From the sequence record SRR31156797_11328: DNA of 39,440 nt, one strand, 5' to 3'. Within the stretch, counting starts at the first letter, position 1. The number at the start of each line of letters is the position of its first letter. Shown in pieces: positions 1-8,821 of this stretch. The notes beneath the pieces were generated by a model. It worked only from the letters and a program-made list of their open reading frames with translations, did no database searches and was not told the origin of the DNA. The translations under genes were made by a program, and so were the position numbers.

Positions 1-65
1 GTCTGTTGACCTTTTGAGGTTAAATTTTGTGCGAGTTAAAAGCGTTTTAATCGCGGTGTTTGGTA

Positions 66-932
66 TCAATAGGCCTTGATACCAAACATTCTCAATTTTT
101 CTGGTAGAACATCATCCAACTGATTCACTTCCTCTGAACTAATCTCAATTAAATTAAACTGATGCTCGGCGTAGAGCGCGCGGGTTTTCTCTTGTTCACG
201 TAATGGCATGTCGCCATGGTCTGTTCCCCAATACTGAATGTAGACTTTGCCCGCTGGCAGGTAGAAATCACTCATGATCTCTTCTTCGATCGGAAGTGGC
301 CGTTGATAAGCATGCATCACGCCAGCCAGATAAAGCCAGTTGTCAATCAGCAGCTCTCCGGTTGAACGCACATAGTGCCCGTCTAATGTTCTGTGCTTGG
401 CTTCAAATTTTTGTCTGAAGCTGGAATACGATTTATCAGTTGCGTGAGACTCGGCATCTTGGCCTAAGAACTCAATCACAGATTGACGCAAGTGAGGGTT
501 GTGACGAATGGAATCATGCCAAACCACAAACTTGTTTTGAGACTGTTTGTCTTGGCGTTGTTTGGCACCGACACGCAGACCCGATGGGGTTGCTACCCAA
601 TCTTGCTCCTGTCTGGCTATCCAGCCCAGTTCACTGAACAGTTGGTTAATTTTCTTAGGGTTGAGCTTAAAGTAATCCCCGACTTGAGTAGCCGTTAGTG
701 TGTTGCCACTGGTTGCGGTTAAGTCGACGAGCAAATTCTCAGGCCAGACGACAAATTTACCGTATTTGGGGTGATCGATATATTCTCCACCAAACTTAGC
801 GCCAAGATCGGTCAGCAGCCATTGACCCTCATGGCGACTAAGGTAACCCGCTTTGGAGAGATCTTTGAATAACTGTTGAGCGTCGATATCGCGTTTTTTG
901 GCTAAAGCGGAAGTGGAGAGTTTGTTCGACAT
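66..932 (-). CDS. Hypothetical protein: two tandem KilA-C/antirepressor-like DNA-binding repeats plus a C-terminal Vsr/DUF559-like restriction-endonuclease-fold domain
   Basis: ATG at 932 (MSNKLST...) preferred over the ORF-track start at 965. Internal repeat (LSTSALAK...LFKDLSKAGYL...WLLTDLG...KFVVW vs LTATQVGD...INQLFSELGWI...WVATPSG...KFVVW). C-terminal motif RTLDGHYVRS.GE..IDNWLY...SDFYLP...VYIQYWG. Confidence 0.6.
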   Translation of the reverse strand: MSNKLSTSALAKKRDIDAQQLFKDLSKAGYLSRHEGQWLLTDLGAKFGGEYIDHPKYGKFVVWPENLLVDLTATSGNTLTATQVGDYFKLNPKKINQLFSELGWIARQEQDWVATPSGLRVGAKQRQDKQSQNKFVVWHDSIRHNPHLRQSVIEFLGQDAESHATDKSYSSFRQKFEAKHRTLDGHYVRSTGELLIDNWLYLAGVMHAYQRPLPIEEEIMSDFYLPAGKVYIQYWGTDHGDMPLREQEKTRALYAEHQFNLIEISSEEVNQLDDVLPEKLRMFGIKAY

Positions 933-1053
933 ATAAAATCCTTTCAACGTTGTTGAAACATTCAATCAGTTAAAAGGGAATTGCTCAACTGTGATAAGGC
1001 GTATCGAATTGAAAATGTGATTTGTAGTGTGGTATAGAGCCCAGCTTGTGAAC

Positions 1054-1332
1054 TTAGCGACGCTGGCAGGAAGTACATCCTCGACAGGCGGAACGAGAGT
1101 GGGGATCTAAACGACCACGTTGAACTTTACAGTACGCATTCTTTAATGCTCGTCGGGCCGAAAACCAGTCGTCAGGTTTTTGCAGAATGACGTATCCTCC
1201 AAAAATTTTCGCAACTTTGGTGCCGTACTGGTCAATAAATTTGCTATCAAACTCAATATCGAAATGTTGCAACGCTTGCTCTATAGACGTAAAGCTCGCA
1301 ATAGTCTGTTGAATGTCTGGCTGGCTACTCAT
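1054..1332 (-). CDS. NifW-like small protein with a C-terminal CxxCxxC tail
   Basis: FTSIEQALQHFDIEFD...KIFGGY...RRALKNAY resembles the NifW family pattern (LSSAEEF..YF.V.YD...KRF..Y...R..L..AY); ends SACRGCTSCQRR. Confidence 0.6.
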   Translation of the reverse strand: MSSQPDIQQTIASFTSIEQALQHFDIEFDSKFIDQYGTKVAKIFGGYVILQKPDDWFSARRALKNAYCKVQRGRLDPHSRSACRGCTSCQRR

Positions 1333-1410
1333 AGGGACTCATCGGCAACGCGTGTATTATTACAATCAGAATAAAGTTGCCAGCCAGAACAATCTTTGAT
1401 GTAAGCCAAT

Positions 1411-2127
1411 TTACATAAAATGACGCCACAAAAAAGTAAAGGGGACGACAAGAAATAATGCTGGTAAGAAGTTCACGACCGCAAAGTGCATAATTTTTGA
1501 AATTCTTAACCCTACCGCCAGCATAATGATGCCGCCAATAGCTGAGAAGTTGGCGTAAACTTCGGCATCCATATAAGGCATGATTGATTTTGCCAACAAG
1601 AACAGCAGGGCTTGGACAGCAAACTGAACTAAAGCAATCAAAACGATGCTTGGGCCGAGTGTGATAGCAAAAATCGCTGCAGTAACAAAGTCCATCAATG
1701 ACTTGACCACGAGCAGTTGGTAGTCACCGTTAAGCCCTTCTGTCATCGCGCCGATGACGCCAAGTCCACTGGCACCAAACAATACGATTAAAGCCGTAAA
1801 TTGAAGAGAAAACTCCTGTTTGTTTAAGCCTTTGGGTAGGGGCAAGAAACGATTAAGTTTGCTTTGAATATATGTGGCGGCTTTGCCAATGCCTGACTCA
1901 AGATAAATAAGTTCGCCTAGCGCGGTTCCTAAAATAAACGCCATTACCACAACCGTTAGATCATGGACTTTAATTATCATCGTGATACCGATGGCGATTG
2001 AGGATAGAGCAAACGTGGCCGGTAGCCCTTTTTCTAATCTTTTAGGGATGTAACGAGCTAGAGAAGCTCCAATTAATCCGCCTAAAATAATTGCGCAGCT
2101 GTTCAACACTGGACCGATCATCATCAT
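1411..2127 (-). CDS. DUF554 (YqgA/YdfK-like) inner membrane protein
   Basis: Begins IGPVLNSCAIILGGLIG; contains GAMTEGLNGDYQLLVVKSLMDF and NFLPAL; multiple hydrophobic helices. Confidence 0.85.
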   Translation of the reverse strand: MMMIGPVLNSCAIILGGLIGASLARYIPKRLEKGLPATFALSSIAIGITMIIKVHDLTVVVMAFILGTALGELIYLESGIGKAATYIQSKLNRFLPLPKGLNKQEFSLQFTALIVLFGASGLGVIGAMTEGLNGDYQLLVVKSLMDFVTAAIFAITLGPSIVLIALVQFAVQALLFLLAKSIMPYMDAEVYANFSAIGGIIMLAVGLRISKIMHFAVVNFLPALFLVVPFTFLWRHFM

Positions 2128-2257
2128 TCATACTCCTATCGGTTGATGTTGAATGGATTGTCTAAATTACTGGCTGAGAGTATGAATGATTGATGGAATT
2201 GAATAAACATGGTATCAGTCAATAAATTGTTGCATAAATCGAACATGTGAGAGGCGA

Positions 2258-3169
2258 ATGGATAGACTCAAATCGATGGAAGTGTTTGTTGCTGTGGTGG
2301 ATGAAAAAAGCCTGACTGCGGCGGCAAAGAAACTGAACGTCTCTCGCTCTATGGCGACCAGACACATTGCGGCCCTTGAAGAATCGCTTGGTGTACAGCT
2401 ACTTTATCGCTCGACACGAAGTTTAGGTATCACTTCCCAAGGAGAAGAGTTGTTTCCATTTTGTCGAGAAATATTGAAGCAAAGCAACATGCTCTACCAC
2501 CTGGCTCAGCATCAACACAGTGCACTTGAAGGTAAGATTACGCTTGCGAGTAGTATCTCGTTTGGTCAGTTGTATCTTGCTCAGAGCGTAGAACGCTTCC
2601 TTGAGCTTCATCCAAATGCGTCAATCGATCTGCATATCTTCGACAAACCCGTTGATGCAATAAAAGAAGGGGTAGACATTGCTATTGAGGGCGGGAATCG
2701 ACTGCCAGATCAGCTCATCGGACGAAGACTGGCAGATTTCCCTTCGGTTGTGTGCGCTACCCCACGGTATCTAAGTGAACATGCTCAGATAGAGTACTTA
2801 GAAGATTTGAAACAACACAACTGTCTGGTGCACAAGAAAATTGGCCACACATGGCTCTTTGTTGAAAAAAACAATCGTAACAATCAGTTTAGTGTTGAAG
2901 TTAAGAGTAACTATACGGTGAATGACACCACCATATTGCTCAAAGCGACGTTAGCCCATCGGGGGGTATGCTGCCTTCCTATTCCTGATGTGCTTGAATA
3001 TCTTGAGTCAGGACAGCTACAAACGGTTTTAGATGGTTATAACGTTAACGAGTTTGGTGTCTGGGCTCTGTATCCGTCCCGTCATTATCTGCCAAAGCTG
3101 CATCGGGCATTTTTAGATTTTTTGGTTGAAGATTTGAAACTGCCAGCGAGTACATCTATACCCAAGTAA
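2258..3169 (+). CDS. LysR-family transcriptional regulator (CrgA-like), divergent from the DUF554 gene
   Basis: N-terminal HTH MDRLKSMEVFVAVV...SLTAAAKKL...LEESLGVQLLYRSTR; about 300 aa; CrgA-type C-terminus (VVCATPRYL, ALYPSR). Confidence 0.92.
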   Translation: MDRLKSMEVFVAVVDEKSLTAAAKKLNVSRSMATRHIAALEESLGVQLLYRSTRSLGITSQGEELFPFCREILKQSNMLYHLAQHQHSALEGKITLASSISFGQLYLAQSVERFLELHPNASIDLHIFDKPVDAIKEGVDIAIEGGNRLPDQLIGRRLADFPSVVCATPRYLSEHAQIEYLEDLKQHNCLVHKKIGHTWLFVEKNNRNNQFSVEVKSNYTVNDTTILLKATLAHRGVCCLPIPDVLEYLESGQLQTVLDGYNVNEFGVWALYPSRHYLPKLHRAFLDFLVEDLKLPASTSIPK

Positions 3170-3299
3170 CCTCAAGATGTTTGTTCAGCGAGAATGTATT
3201 ATCTTTAAACTATTGTTAATGACTCATTCAAACGGCGGATAATCATTGTGTGAGTTTGCGTTATGATGGGTGCATCAATGCTGTTTGAGAGGAATAAAA

Positions 3300-3908
3300 A
3301 TGACGAAGCAAGTTGTGATTTTACTGCACGGTGTGGGAAGTAACGGTGATGATTTAGCCGCACTCGGTAAGTTTTGGAAACCAATCTTACCTGGAACACT
3401 CTTTTTGTCACCAAATGCGCCGATGAAGTTTGATCAGGCACCTGAAGGGTATCAGTGGTTTAGTTTAACCGGAGTGACTAGCGAAAATCGTCCGCAACGA
3501 ATTGTGGATGCACGCAGAGATTTTGACAGAACCATTCATCGGCTTTTTTCAGAGCATGGTGTTCATCCTAATGAAGATAAAATCGTTTTTGTTGGATTTT
3601 CTCAGGGCTCGATCATGTCTTTGGACGCGTTGGTAAACGCTCGCTACCCATTAGCTGGGGTGGTTGCGTTCTCTGGTCGCTTGTCTTCTCCGCAACCGTA
3701 TCAGCCTGATGAGCACACTCCAGTATTGCTCATCCACGGTAAAAGTGACCCTGTTATTCCTTGGACAGAAAGTCAGCAGGCGGCAAAAAAATTAGCGGAA
3801 CTGAATGTCGTGGTTGAAGAAAGCTATGAAGACGAAACTGTGCATACAATATCGGCGGAAGGCGCAATGCTTGCAGCACAGTTTATTCAGAAGTGTTTCG
3901 CTGATTAA
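3300..3908 (+). CDS. Phospholipase/carboxylesterase-family alpha/beta hydrolase (YpfH-like)
   Basis: LLHGVG oxyanion motif, GFSQG nucleophile elbow, IHGKSDPVIP Asp and a C-terminal His (VHTI); ATG 3300 follows GAGGA. Confidence 0.88.
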   Translation: MTKQVVILLHGVGSNGDDLAALGKFWKPILPGTLFLSPNAPMKFDQAPEGYQWFSLTGVTSENRPQRIVDARRDFDRTIHRLFSEHGVHPNEDKIVFVGFSQGSIMSLDALVNARYPLAGVVAFSGRLSSPQPYQPDEHTPVLLIHGKSDPVIPWTESQQAAKKLAELNVVVEESYEDETVHTISAEGAMLAAQFIQKCFAD

Positions 3909-3925
3909 AGTGTACGATCGCTTAC

Positions 3926-4375
3926 TCAGTTTTGTGTTGTGCACCAATCGGAGCGAAACAACTCGACAATTTTTTGATAGTTTTCGCTCCCAAGTTCTTG
4001 CTCAAGAGCTTCTTCCTGCTCTGACTTAATGGCTTTGATCTGCTCTCCGAGTTGTGTTCCTGCGCGAGTTAGTTTGATCAACCTATCTCTTCGATTTGAG
4101 TCAGATGTCGTGACTTCAATGTAACCTAAACTCTCTAAGTATTTAGCATGCTTATGTACGGCTTGTCGGCTGATGTTCATGTATCGAGCTGATTCACTCA
4201 GACTCATAGAACGATGTTGATTCAAGGTAAGCAAGTAGATATCCATTTCAGAGAATTTGTCCTCAATGGACTCCTCAATCCTCATCATCGTTTTTTGGCG
4301 CAATTGCTTATGTTTTTCGCTGATCAGGTCAATCAGGCCGAGTGTTTGCAGAAATTCGCTGTGATCCATGAACAT
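3926..4375 (-). CDS. MarR-family transcriptional regulator
   Basis: Winged HTH SLSESARYMNISRQAVHKHAKYLESLGYI...NRRDRLIKLTRAG; 149 aa. Confidence 0.88.
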   Translation of the reverse strand: MFMDHSEFLQTLGLIDLISEKHKQLRQKTMMRIEESIEDKFSEMDIYLLTLNQHRSMSLSESARYMNISRQAVHKHAKYLESLGYIEVTTSDSNRRDRLIKLTRAGTQLGEQIKAIKSEQEEALEQELGSENYQKIVELFRSDWCTTQN

Positions 4376-4424
4376 CTCTTCTCATCTATTCACAATAGAA
4401 TGAAGACTATTTTTTCTCAGTGAA

Positions 4425-4486
4425 ATTGTCAATTAAGTTGACAATAAATGTGATCCGCTTATACTTATTGTCAATTAAGTTGACAA
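4425..4486. promoter_or_regulatory. Two identical palindromic operators (TTGTCAA-N5-TTGACAA) overlapping a sigma70 promoter; probable MarR sites
   Basis: ATTGTCAATTAAGTTGACAA at 4425-4444 and 4467-4486. TTGACA (4438-4443) and TATACT (4460-4465) form a promoter facing the DUF2798-like gene. Confidence 0.8.
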
Positions 4487-4502
4487 ATTTATCGAGGAAT
4501 TG

Positions 4503-4979
4503 ATGGGTAAGAATACATTTGAGAATTTCATTTTTTCATTAATGGTCTGTTTTTTAATGGTTTTGGGTATGACGGTCTACAATACATACCTCCATGCTGA
4601 TTTTGGTCAGGTGAATCTAATTGCAGCATTAACATCGACGACTTTTGTCGCAATTTTTGCGGTGGCGTTTGTGATTGACTGGTTCGCGGTAGCACCAATT
4701 GTAAAAACAGTGGTTAAGAAACTAACGACAGAAAGCACACCTTTTATTAAAAAAGTGATTTTAATTTCAAGCTTAATGGTTTTGCTGATGTGCACTGCAA
4801 TGTCGTTGATCGCCACTGTTGCGCAAGGGTATGAAGGCTCGCTAATCGCTGCTTATGCTAAGACCTTTGCTTTGAATATTGTAGTCGCGCTACCTTTACA
4901 ATTTGTAGTGGTTGGACCTATTGCGCGCACCGTTTTCTTTAAAGTGTTTCCTCCTATGCAACCAGTGACTGCGAGCTAA
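4503..4979 (+). CDS. DUF2798-like membrane protein (4 TM, internal duplication)
   Basis: Two similar halves (FSLMVCFLMVLGMT...AFVIDWFAVAPIV / SSLMVLLMCTAMS...ALPLQFVVVGPIAR); ATG 4503 after GAGGA. Confidence 0.7.
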   Translation: MGKNTFENFIFSLMVCFLMVLGMTVYNTYLHADFGQVNLIAALTSTTFVAIFAVAFVIDWFAVAPIVKTVVKKLTTESTPFIKKVILISSLMVLLMCTAMSLIATVAQGYEGSLIAAYAKTFALNIVVALPLQFVVVGPIARTVFFKVFPPMQPVTAS

Positions 4980-5071
4980 CTGTGATTTGCACCGGTGAGT
5001 TTTTAATCACAATTAAGCGGTGTACTAGGGGTGATGTCTATCACAAAAGCTGTTACTATTGCGTTAATTTC

Positions 5072-5098
5072 AAAAGTTGGCTTCATGCCAACTTTTTT
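5072..5098 (+). terminator. Terminator-like hairpin between the DUF2798-like gene and ybiT
   Basis: AAAAGTTGGC-TTCAT-GCCAACTTTTTT. Confidence 0.6.
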
Positions 5099-5122
5099 AT
5101 GTTTACTACTTAGGAATCTCTT

Positions 5123-6718
5123 GTGCTATCAACTGCAAACATCACCATGCAATTTGGCGATAAGCCATTGTTTGAAAACATCTCTATTAAATTTGGTAAT
5201 GGCAACCGTTACGGCCTTATCGGTGCAAACGGCTGTGGTAAATCCACATTTATGAAGATCTTAGGTAGTGAACTGGAGCCTTCTTCTGGTTCGGTTTCTA
5301 TTGACCCAAATGAGCGCATGGCAAAGTTAGGTCAGGATCAGTTCGCGTTTGAAGATTACACTGTGGTTGATACCGTTATCATGGGCCATAAAGAGCTGTG
5401 GGCAGTAAAAGAAGAACGTGATCGTATTTACGCTCTACCTGAAATGTCTGACGAAGACGGTATGCGTGTTGGCGACCTTGAGACAGAGTTTGCTGAGATG
5501 GATGGTTACTCTGCAGAAGCTCGCGCGGGTGAATTGCTGTTAGGTTTAGGCATTCCTGAAGCGCAGCACTTTGGCTTAATGAGCGAAATTGCACCGGGTT
5601 TAAAACTACGAGTTCTCCTGGCGCAGGTTCTGTTTGCTGAACCAGAAATCATGCTGCTGGACGAACCAACCAACAACCTGGACATGCATACCATCGCTTG
5701 GCTAGAGCAAATTTTGTTGGCTCGTAACTGTACAATGATCATCATCTCGCACGACCGCCACTTCCTGAACACGGTTTGTACTCACATGGCGGATTTGGAT
5801 TACGGTGAACTGCGCCTATTCCACGGCAATTACGATGAATACATGATTGCAGCTGAGCAAGTTCGTGAGCGTCTGCACGCTGATAACGCGAAGAAGAAAG
5901 CACAGATTGCTGAACTGCAAACCTTCGTAAGCCGCTTCTCGGCAAACGCATCAAAAGCAAAACAAGCAACCTCTCGTCAGAAGCAATTAGAGAAAATCCA
6001 GCTTGATGAAGTAAAACCTTCAAGCCGTCAGTCGCCATTTATTCGCTTCGAACAAGAGAAAGAGCTATTCCGTAACGCGCTAGAAGTGACGGACTTGAAA
6101 CAAGGCTACGGTGAAAACATTTTGATCAATGGTGTAAACCTAATGGTTGAAGTGGGTGAGCGTATTGCGATTATCGGTGAAAACGGTATCGGTAAATCAA
6201 CGTTCCTGAATACACTAGCTGGCGCGATGGAACCGATGGAAGGTGTGATTAAGTGGTCTGAAAACAACAACATTGGCTTCTATGCTCAGGATCACGCGCA
6301 TGACTTTGAACAAGACATGAACCTGCTGGATTGGATGGGACAGTGGAAAAAAGATGGCGATGATGAGCAAGTCGTTCGCGGTATCTTAGGTCGCATGCTA
6401 TTCTCTCAGAATGATATCAAGAAGTCTGTAAAAGTGATTTCAGGTGGTGAACAAGGTCGTATGTTGTTCGGCAAGCTAATTATGCAAAAGCCAAACATCT
6501 TGCTAATGGACGAACCAACTAACCACATGGATATGGAGTCGATTGAGGCTCTGAACTTAGCGTTAGAGAACTACAAAGGTACATTGATGTTCGTTTCTCA
6601 TGACCGTCAGTTTGTATCTTCGATTGCTACACGCATTATTGAAATTACTAAAGATGGCGTGAACGATTTCCACGGTACTTACGATGAGTACCTGGCGAAA
6701 CAGGGCTTGGTTGGCTAA
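5123..6718 (+). CDS. ybiT: ABC-F family ATPase YbiT
   Basis: Two NBDs ([38 protein letters not shown]), no TM segments; N-terminus [34 protein letters not shown] closely matches E. coli YbiT; GTG start. Confidence 0.92.
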   Translation: MLSTANITMQFGDKPLFENISIKFGNGNRYGLIGANGCGKSTFMKILGSELEPSSGSVSIDPNERMAKLGQDQFAFEDYTVVDTVIMGHKELWAVKEERDRIYALPEMSDEDGMRVGDLETEFAEMDGYSAEARAGELLLGLGIPEAQHFGLMSEIAPGLKLRVLLAQVLFAEPEIMLLDEPTNNLDMHTIAWLEQILLARNCTMIIISHDRHFLNTVCTHMADLDYGELRLFHGNYDEYMIAAEQVRERLHADNAKKKAQIAELQTFVSRFSANASKAKQATSRQKQLEKIQLDEVKPSSRQSPFIRFEQEKELFRNALEVTDLKQGYGENILINGVNLMVEVGERIAIIGENGIGKSTFLNTLAGAMEPMEGVIKWSENNNIGFYAQDHAHDFEQDMNLLDWMGQWKKDGDDEQVVRGILGRMLFSQNDIKKSVKVISGGEQGRMLFGKLIMQKPNILLMDEPTNHMDMESIEALNLALENYKGTLMFVSHDRQFVSSIATRIIEITKDGVNDFHGTYDEYLAKQGLVG

Positions 6719-6744
6719 CCGCTACTGCACAAGTTTATATAGTT

Positions 6745-6772
6745 AAAAATCCACCTAAGCGGTGGATTTTTT
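6745..6772 (+). terminator. Intrinsic terminator of ybiT
   Basis: AAAAATCCACC-TAAGC-GGTGGATTTTTT. Confidence 0.85.
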
Positions 6773-6781
6773 ATACCAATC

Positions 6782-6807
6782 AAAAAGCACCTGATGAACA
6801 GGTGCTT
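6782..6807 (-). terminator. Intrinsic terminator of the convergent outer-membrane protein gene
   Basis: AAAAAGCACCTG-ATGAA-CAGGTGCTT; U-tract on the minus strand. Confidence 0.75.
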
Positions 6808-6827
6808 CGCTATAAATAATTTAATAT

Positions 6828-7613
6828 TTAGAACTGATAGTTAAACTCGATGCGGTGATCACCATCTGCAAAATCGACTTTTTCATTCCAGTTAGCGAAG
6901 TAACGAATGTTTGAGCGTGGCGTCATTTGGTAAGAAATCGCAAATTCATGAGCCAGTATGCCGCTTTCATTACCAAAATAGGTCTCTTTGTATGTGTCTG
7001 ATCCAGATAAAGTGTGCATGTACATTGGGTTGTAATTGATCCAGATCTTATCGGTTAACGCGACTTTGGCGTACATACCAACAACGGTAAAGGTACCTGG
7101 TATTTCGTAACCGGCATTATCGCCACTGTAGTCATTCGCGACAGTCACACCCGCACCAGCAAGTGGGTAAAGGTTGACTGGCCCCATTTTTGGTAGTGCC
7201 TGTAGAATACTGTAAGAAGCGTCTAGGGCTTCTTTATCGATATTGTAACTCATATCAAATTGGCTACCACGGCCATTGGTGATGTTGGCTTGAAAGTTAC
7301 GTAAACGGAATGAATCGATGCTATCGTCAACAGAACCGTAAAGCGCTTCGTCGTTATCACGAATACCCAGAACATCGCCACCAAAACCTTTTATCTCAAG
7401 AATGTTCATTGCGGCCACATTCTCTTTACCAGAATCGTATGTTTGGCCAATTTTGATGTTCACCCCTTTGTCGGTGATACCCAACCCCGCTTGAGTGTAA
7501 ACCGCTAAAGGGTCCGACATGTCTTGAACGTCTTGATTTTCTTCTGCAACGGCTAGAAATGGTGCAGAAGCTATCAATAGAGTGGATATTGGAAAACTAA
7601 ATTTGTTGTTCAT
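6828..7613 (-). CDS. Hypothetical exported protein, probable outer-membrane beta-barrel
   Basis: Sec signal peptide (…APFLAVA|EE), alternating amphipathic strands, C-terminal beta-signal RIEFNYQF. Confidence 0.65.
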   Translation of the reverse strand: MNNKFSFPISTLLIASAPFLAVAEENQDVQDMSDPLAVYTQAGLGITDKGVNIKIGQTYDSGKENVAAMNILEIKGFGGDVLGIRDNDEALYGSVDDSIDSFRLRNFQANITNGRGSQFDMSYNIDKEALDASYSILQALPKMGPVNLYPLAGAGVTVANDYSGDNAGYEIPGTFTVVGMYAKVALTDKIWINYNPMYMHTLSGSDTYKETYFGNESGILAHEFAISYQMTPRSNIRYFANWNEKVDFADGDHRIEFNYQF

Positions 7614-7899
7614 AATTGATATCTTCTTGATTGATTTTTTATTTGTACTAGAGACTTAGCGAATATGACGTATATATTTATGCGAAAATACAGTGGGGTA
7701 AATACAGCCATTTTCTATACGTCAATATTATCGTATGGGTGACGATAAATGTTGTTTTTGATGGGAAAGTAGTACTTTCCAGAGTGGAAAGATTAGAGTG
7801 AATCTCTAGTATTTATATTTGGAATGAATAAGAATTACCTAATTTAGAATATATTTAGCAATAAAGACCGTATGGTAGACCATAAATAAAACATTTCGC

Positions 7900-8021
7900 T
7901 TTCTCATAAATAAGAATTTATTTTAACTTATTGATTTGATTTAATAAAATTAATTTGTTGACCTAGTTCTGACGTGTCTGATTTTTAACCCATTGACATA
8001 TTATCTCTGAACGTTAGTTTT
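7900..8021 (+). promoter_or_regulatory. vpsT promoter region: candidate VpsR-type box and sigma70 promoter
   Basis: Near-palindrome TTCTCA-TAAA-TAAGAA at 7901-7916; TTGACA 7993-7998 with TAGTTT 8015-8020; AT-rich intergenic region. Confidence 0.45.
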
Positions 8022-8056
8022 ACATAAGTCAGGGAAATGGCTTAGGAGTTTTTATT

Positions 8057-8731
8057 ATGGCTGAAGAAAAAAAACTAAACGTAAGATTGCTATCTGACGT
8101 TTGTATGCAGTCACGATTACTTAAAGATGCATTGGAGTCGAAACTTCCAATTAAAATTGAAACGTCTCCATTTTGCGATATGTGGATGCAAGAGAGTGAC
8201 CCTCAAGATCATGAAACTCATTTGGTTATCATAGATTACTCACGTTTAGACAGTCATACTATCGCTGATTATGCCTCTTTCAAACATATGTGTTGTGCGG
8301 AAGCCAATGAAGTCGTTATTAATTGCCCAAGCGATATTGAAGTAAAAGACCTCTTTAAATGGCAGAACCTAGCCGGTGTGTTTTATTCAGATGATGAAAT
8401 CGATACGCTAGTTAAGGGTATGGATAAGATTCTGCAAGGTGAAATGTGGTTAACTCGCCGTTTAGCGCAAGAATACATTCTACACTATCGCGCAGGCAAT
8501 TCTGTGGTGACATCACAGATGTATGCCAAGTTAACTAAGCGTGAACAGCAAATCATTAAGCTACTTGGTAGTGGTGCTTCAAACATTGAAATTGCCGATC
8601 AGCTTTATGTGAGTGAGAATACGGTAAAAACGCACTTACATAATGTGTTTAAAAAGATTAATGCTAAGAACCGCTTACAGGCGCTTATTTGGGCGAAAAA
8701 TAATATCGGTTTAGAAGAAGTCAGTTCGTAA
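8057..8731 (+). CDS. vpsT: c-di-GMP-binding LuxR/CsgD-family biofilm regulator VpsT (BrpT/CpsQ-type)
   Basis: 224 aa; LSDVCMQSRLLK N-terminus, c-di-GMP-binding W[FLM][TS]R motif (MWLTR), and a C-terminal LuxR HTH (LTKREQQIIKLLGSGASNIEIAD...VKTHLHNVFKK) near-identical to V. cholerae VpsT as I recall it. Confidence 0.92.
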   Translation: MAEEKKLNVRLLSDVCMQSRLLKDALESKLPIKIETSPFCDMWMQESDPQDHETHLVIIDYSRLDSHTIADYASFKHMCCAEANEVVINCPSDIEVKDLFKWQNLAGVFYSDDEIDTLVKGMDKILQGEMWLTRRLAQEYILHYRAGNSVVTSQMYAKLTKREQQIIKLLGSGASNIEIADQLYVSENTVKTHLHNVFKKINAKNRLQALIWAKNNIGLEEVSS

Positions 8732-8781
8732 TCGCATTTAGATAATCTGGAACTGAATTAACTTTTGTTCCAATAAAAATT

Positions 8782-8821
8782 AATAAAATAGGCAGCTTAA
8801 TCGGCTGCCTATTTTATTTTT
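8782..8821. terminator. Bidirectional intrinsic terminator between vpsT and the siderophore-binding protein gene
   Basis: AATAAAATAGGCAGC-TTAATCG-GCTGCCTATTTTATT. Confidence 0.85.

Noticed and set aside
66..932. Reading this protein as a kinase (I recall similar Vibrio proteins being labelled glycerol kinase)
   Set aside because: No FGGY or actin-like ATPase motifs, and far too short.
1367..1382. Sigma54-like TGGCAACTTTATTCT upstream of the NifW-like gene (minus strand)
   Set aside because: The -24 element is good but the -12 position reads TTCT instead of TTGC, losing the conserved GC.
7665..7724. 9-bp inverted repeat TGACGTATA / TATACGTCA in the OMP-vpsT spacer
   Set aside because: Short arms and a 42-nt gap in AT-rich DNA; compatible with chance.
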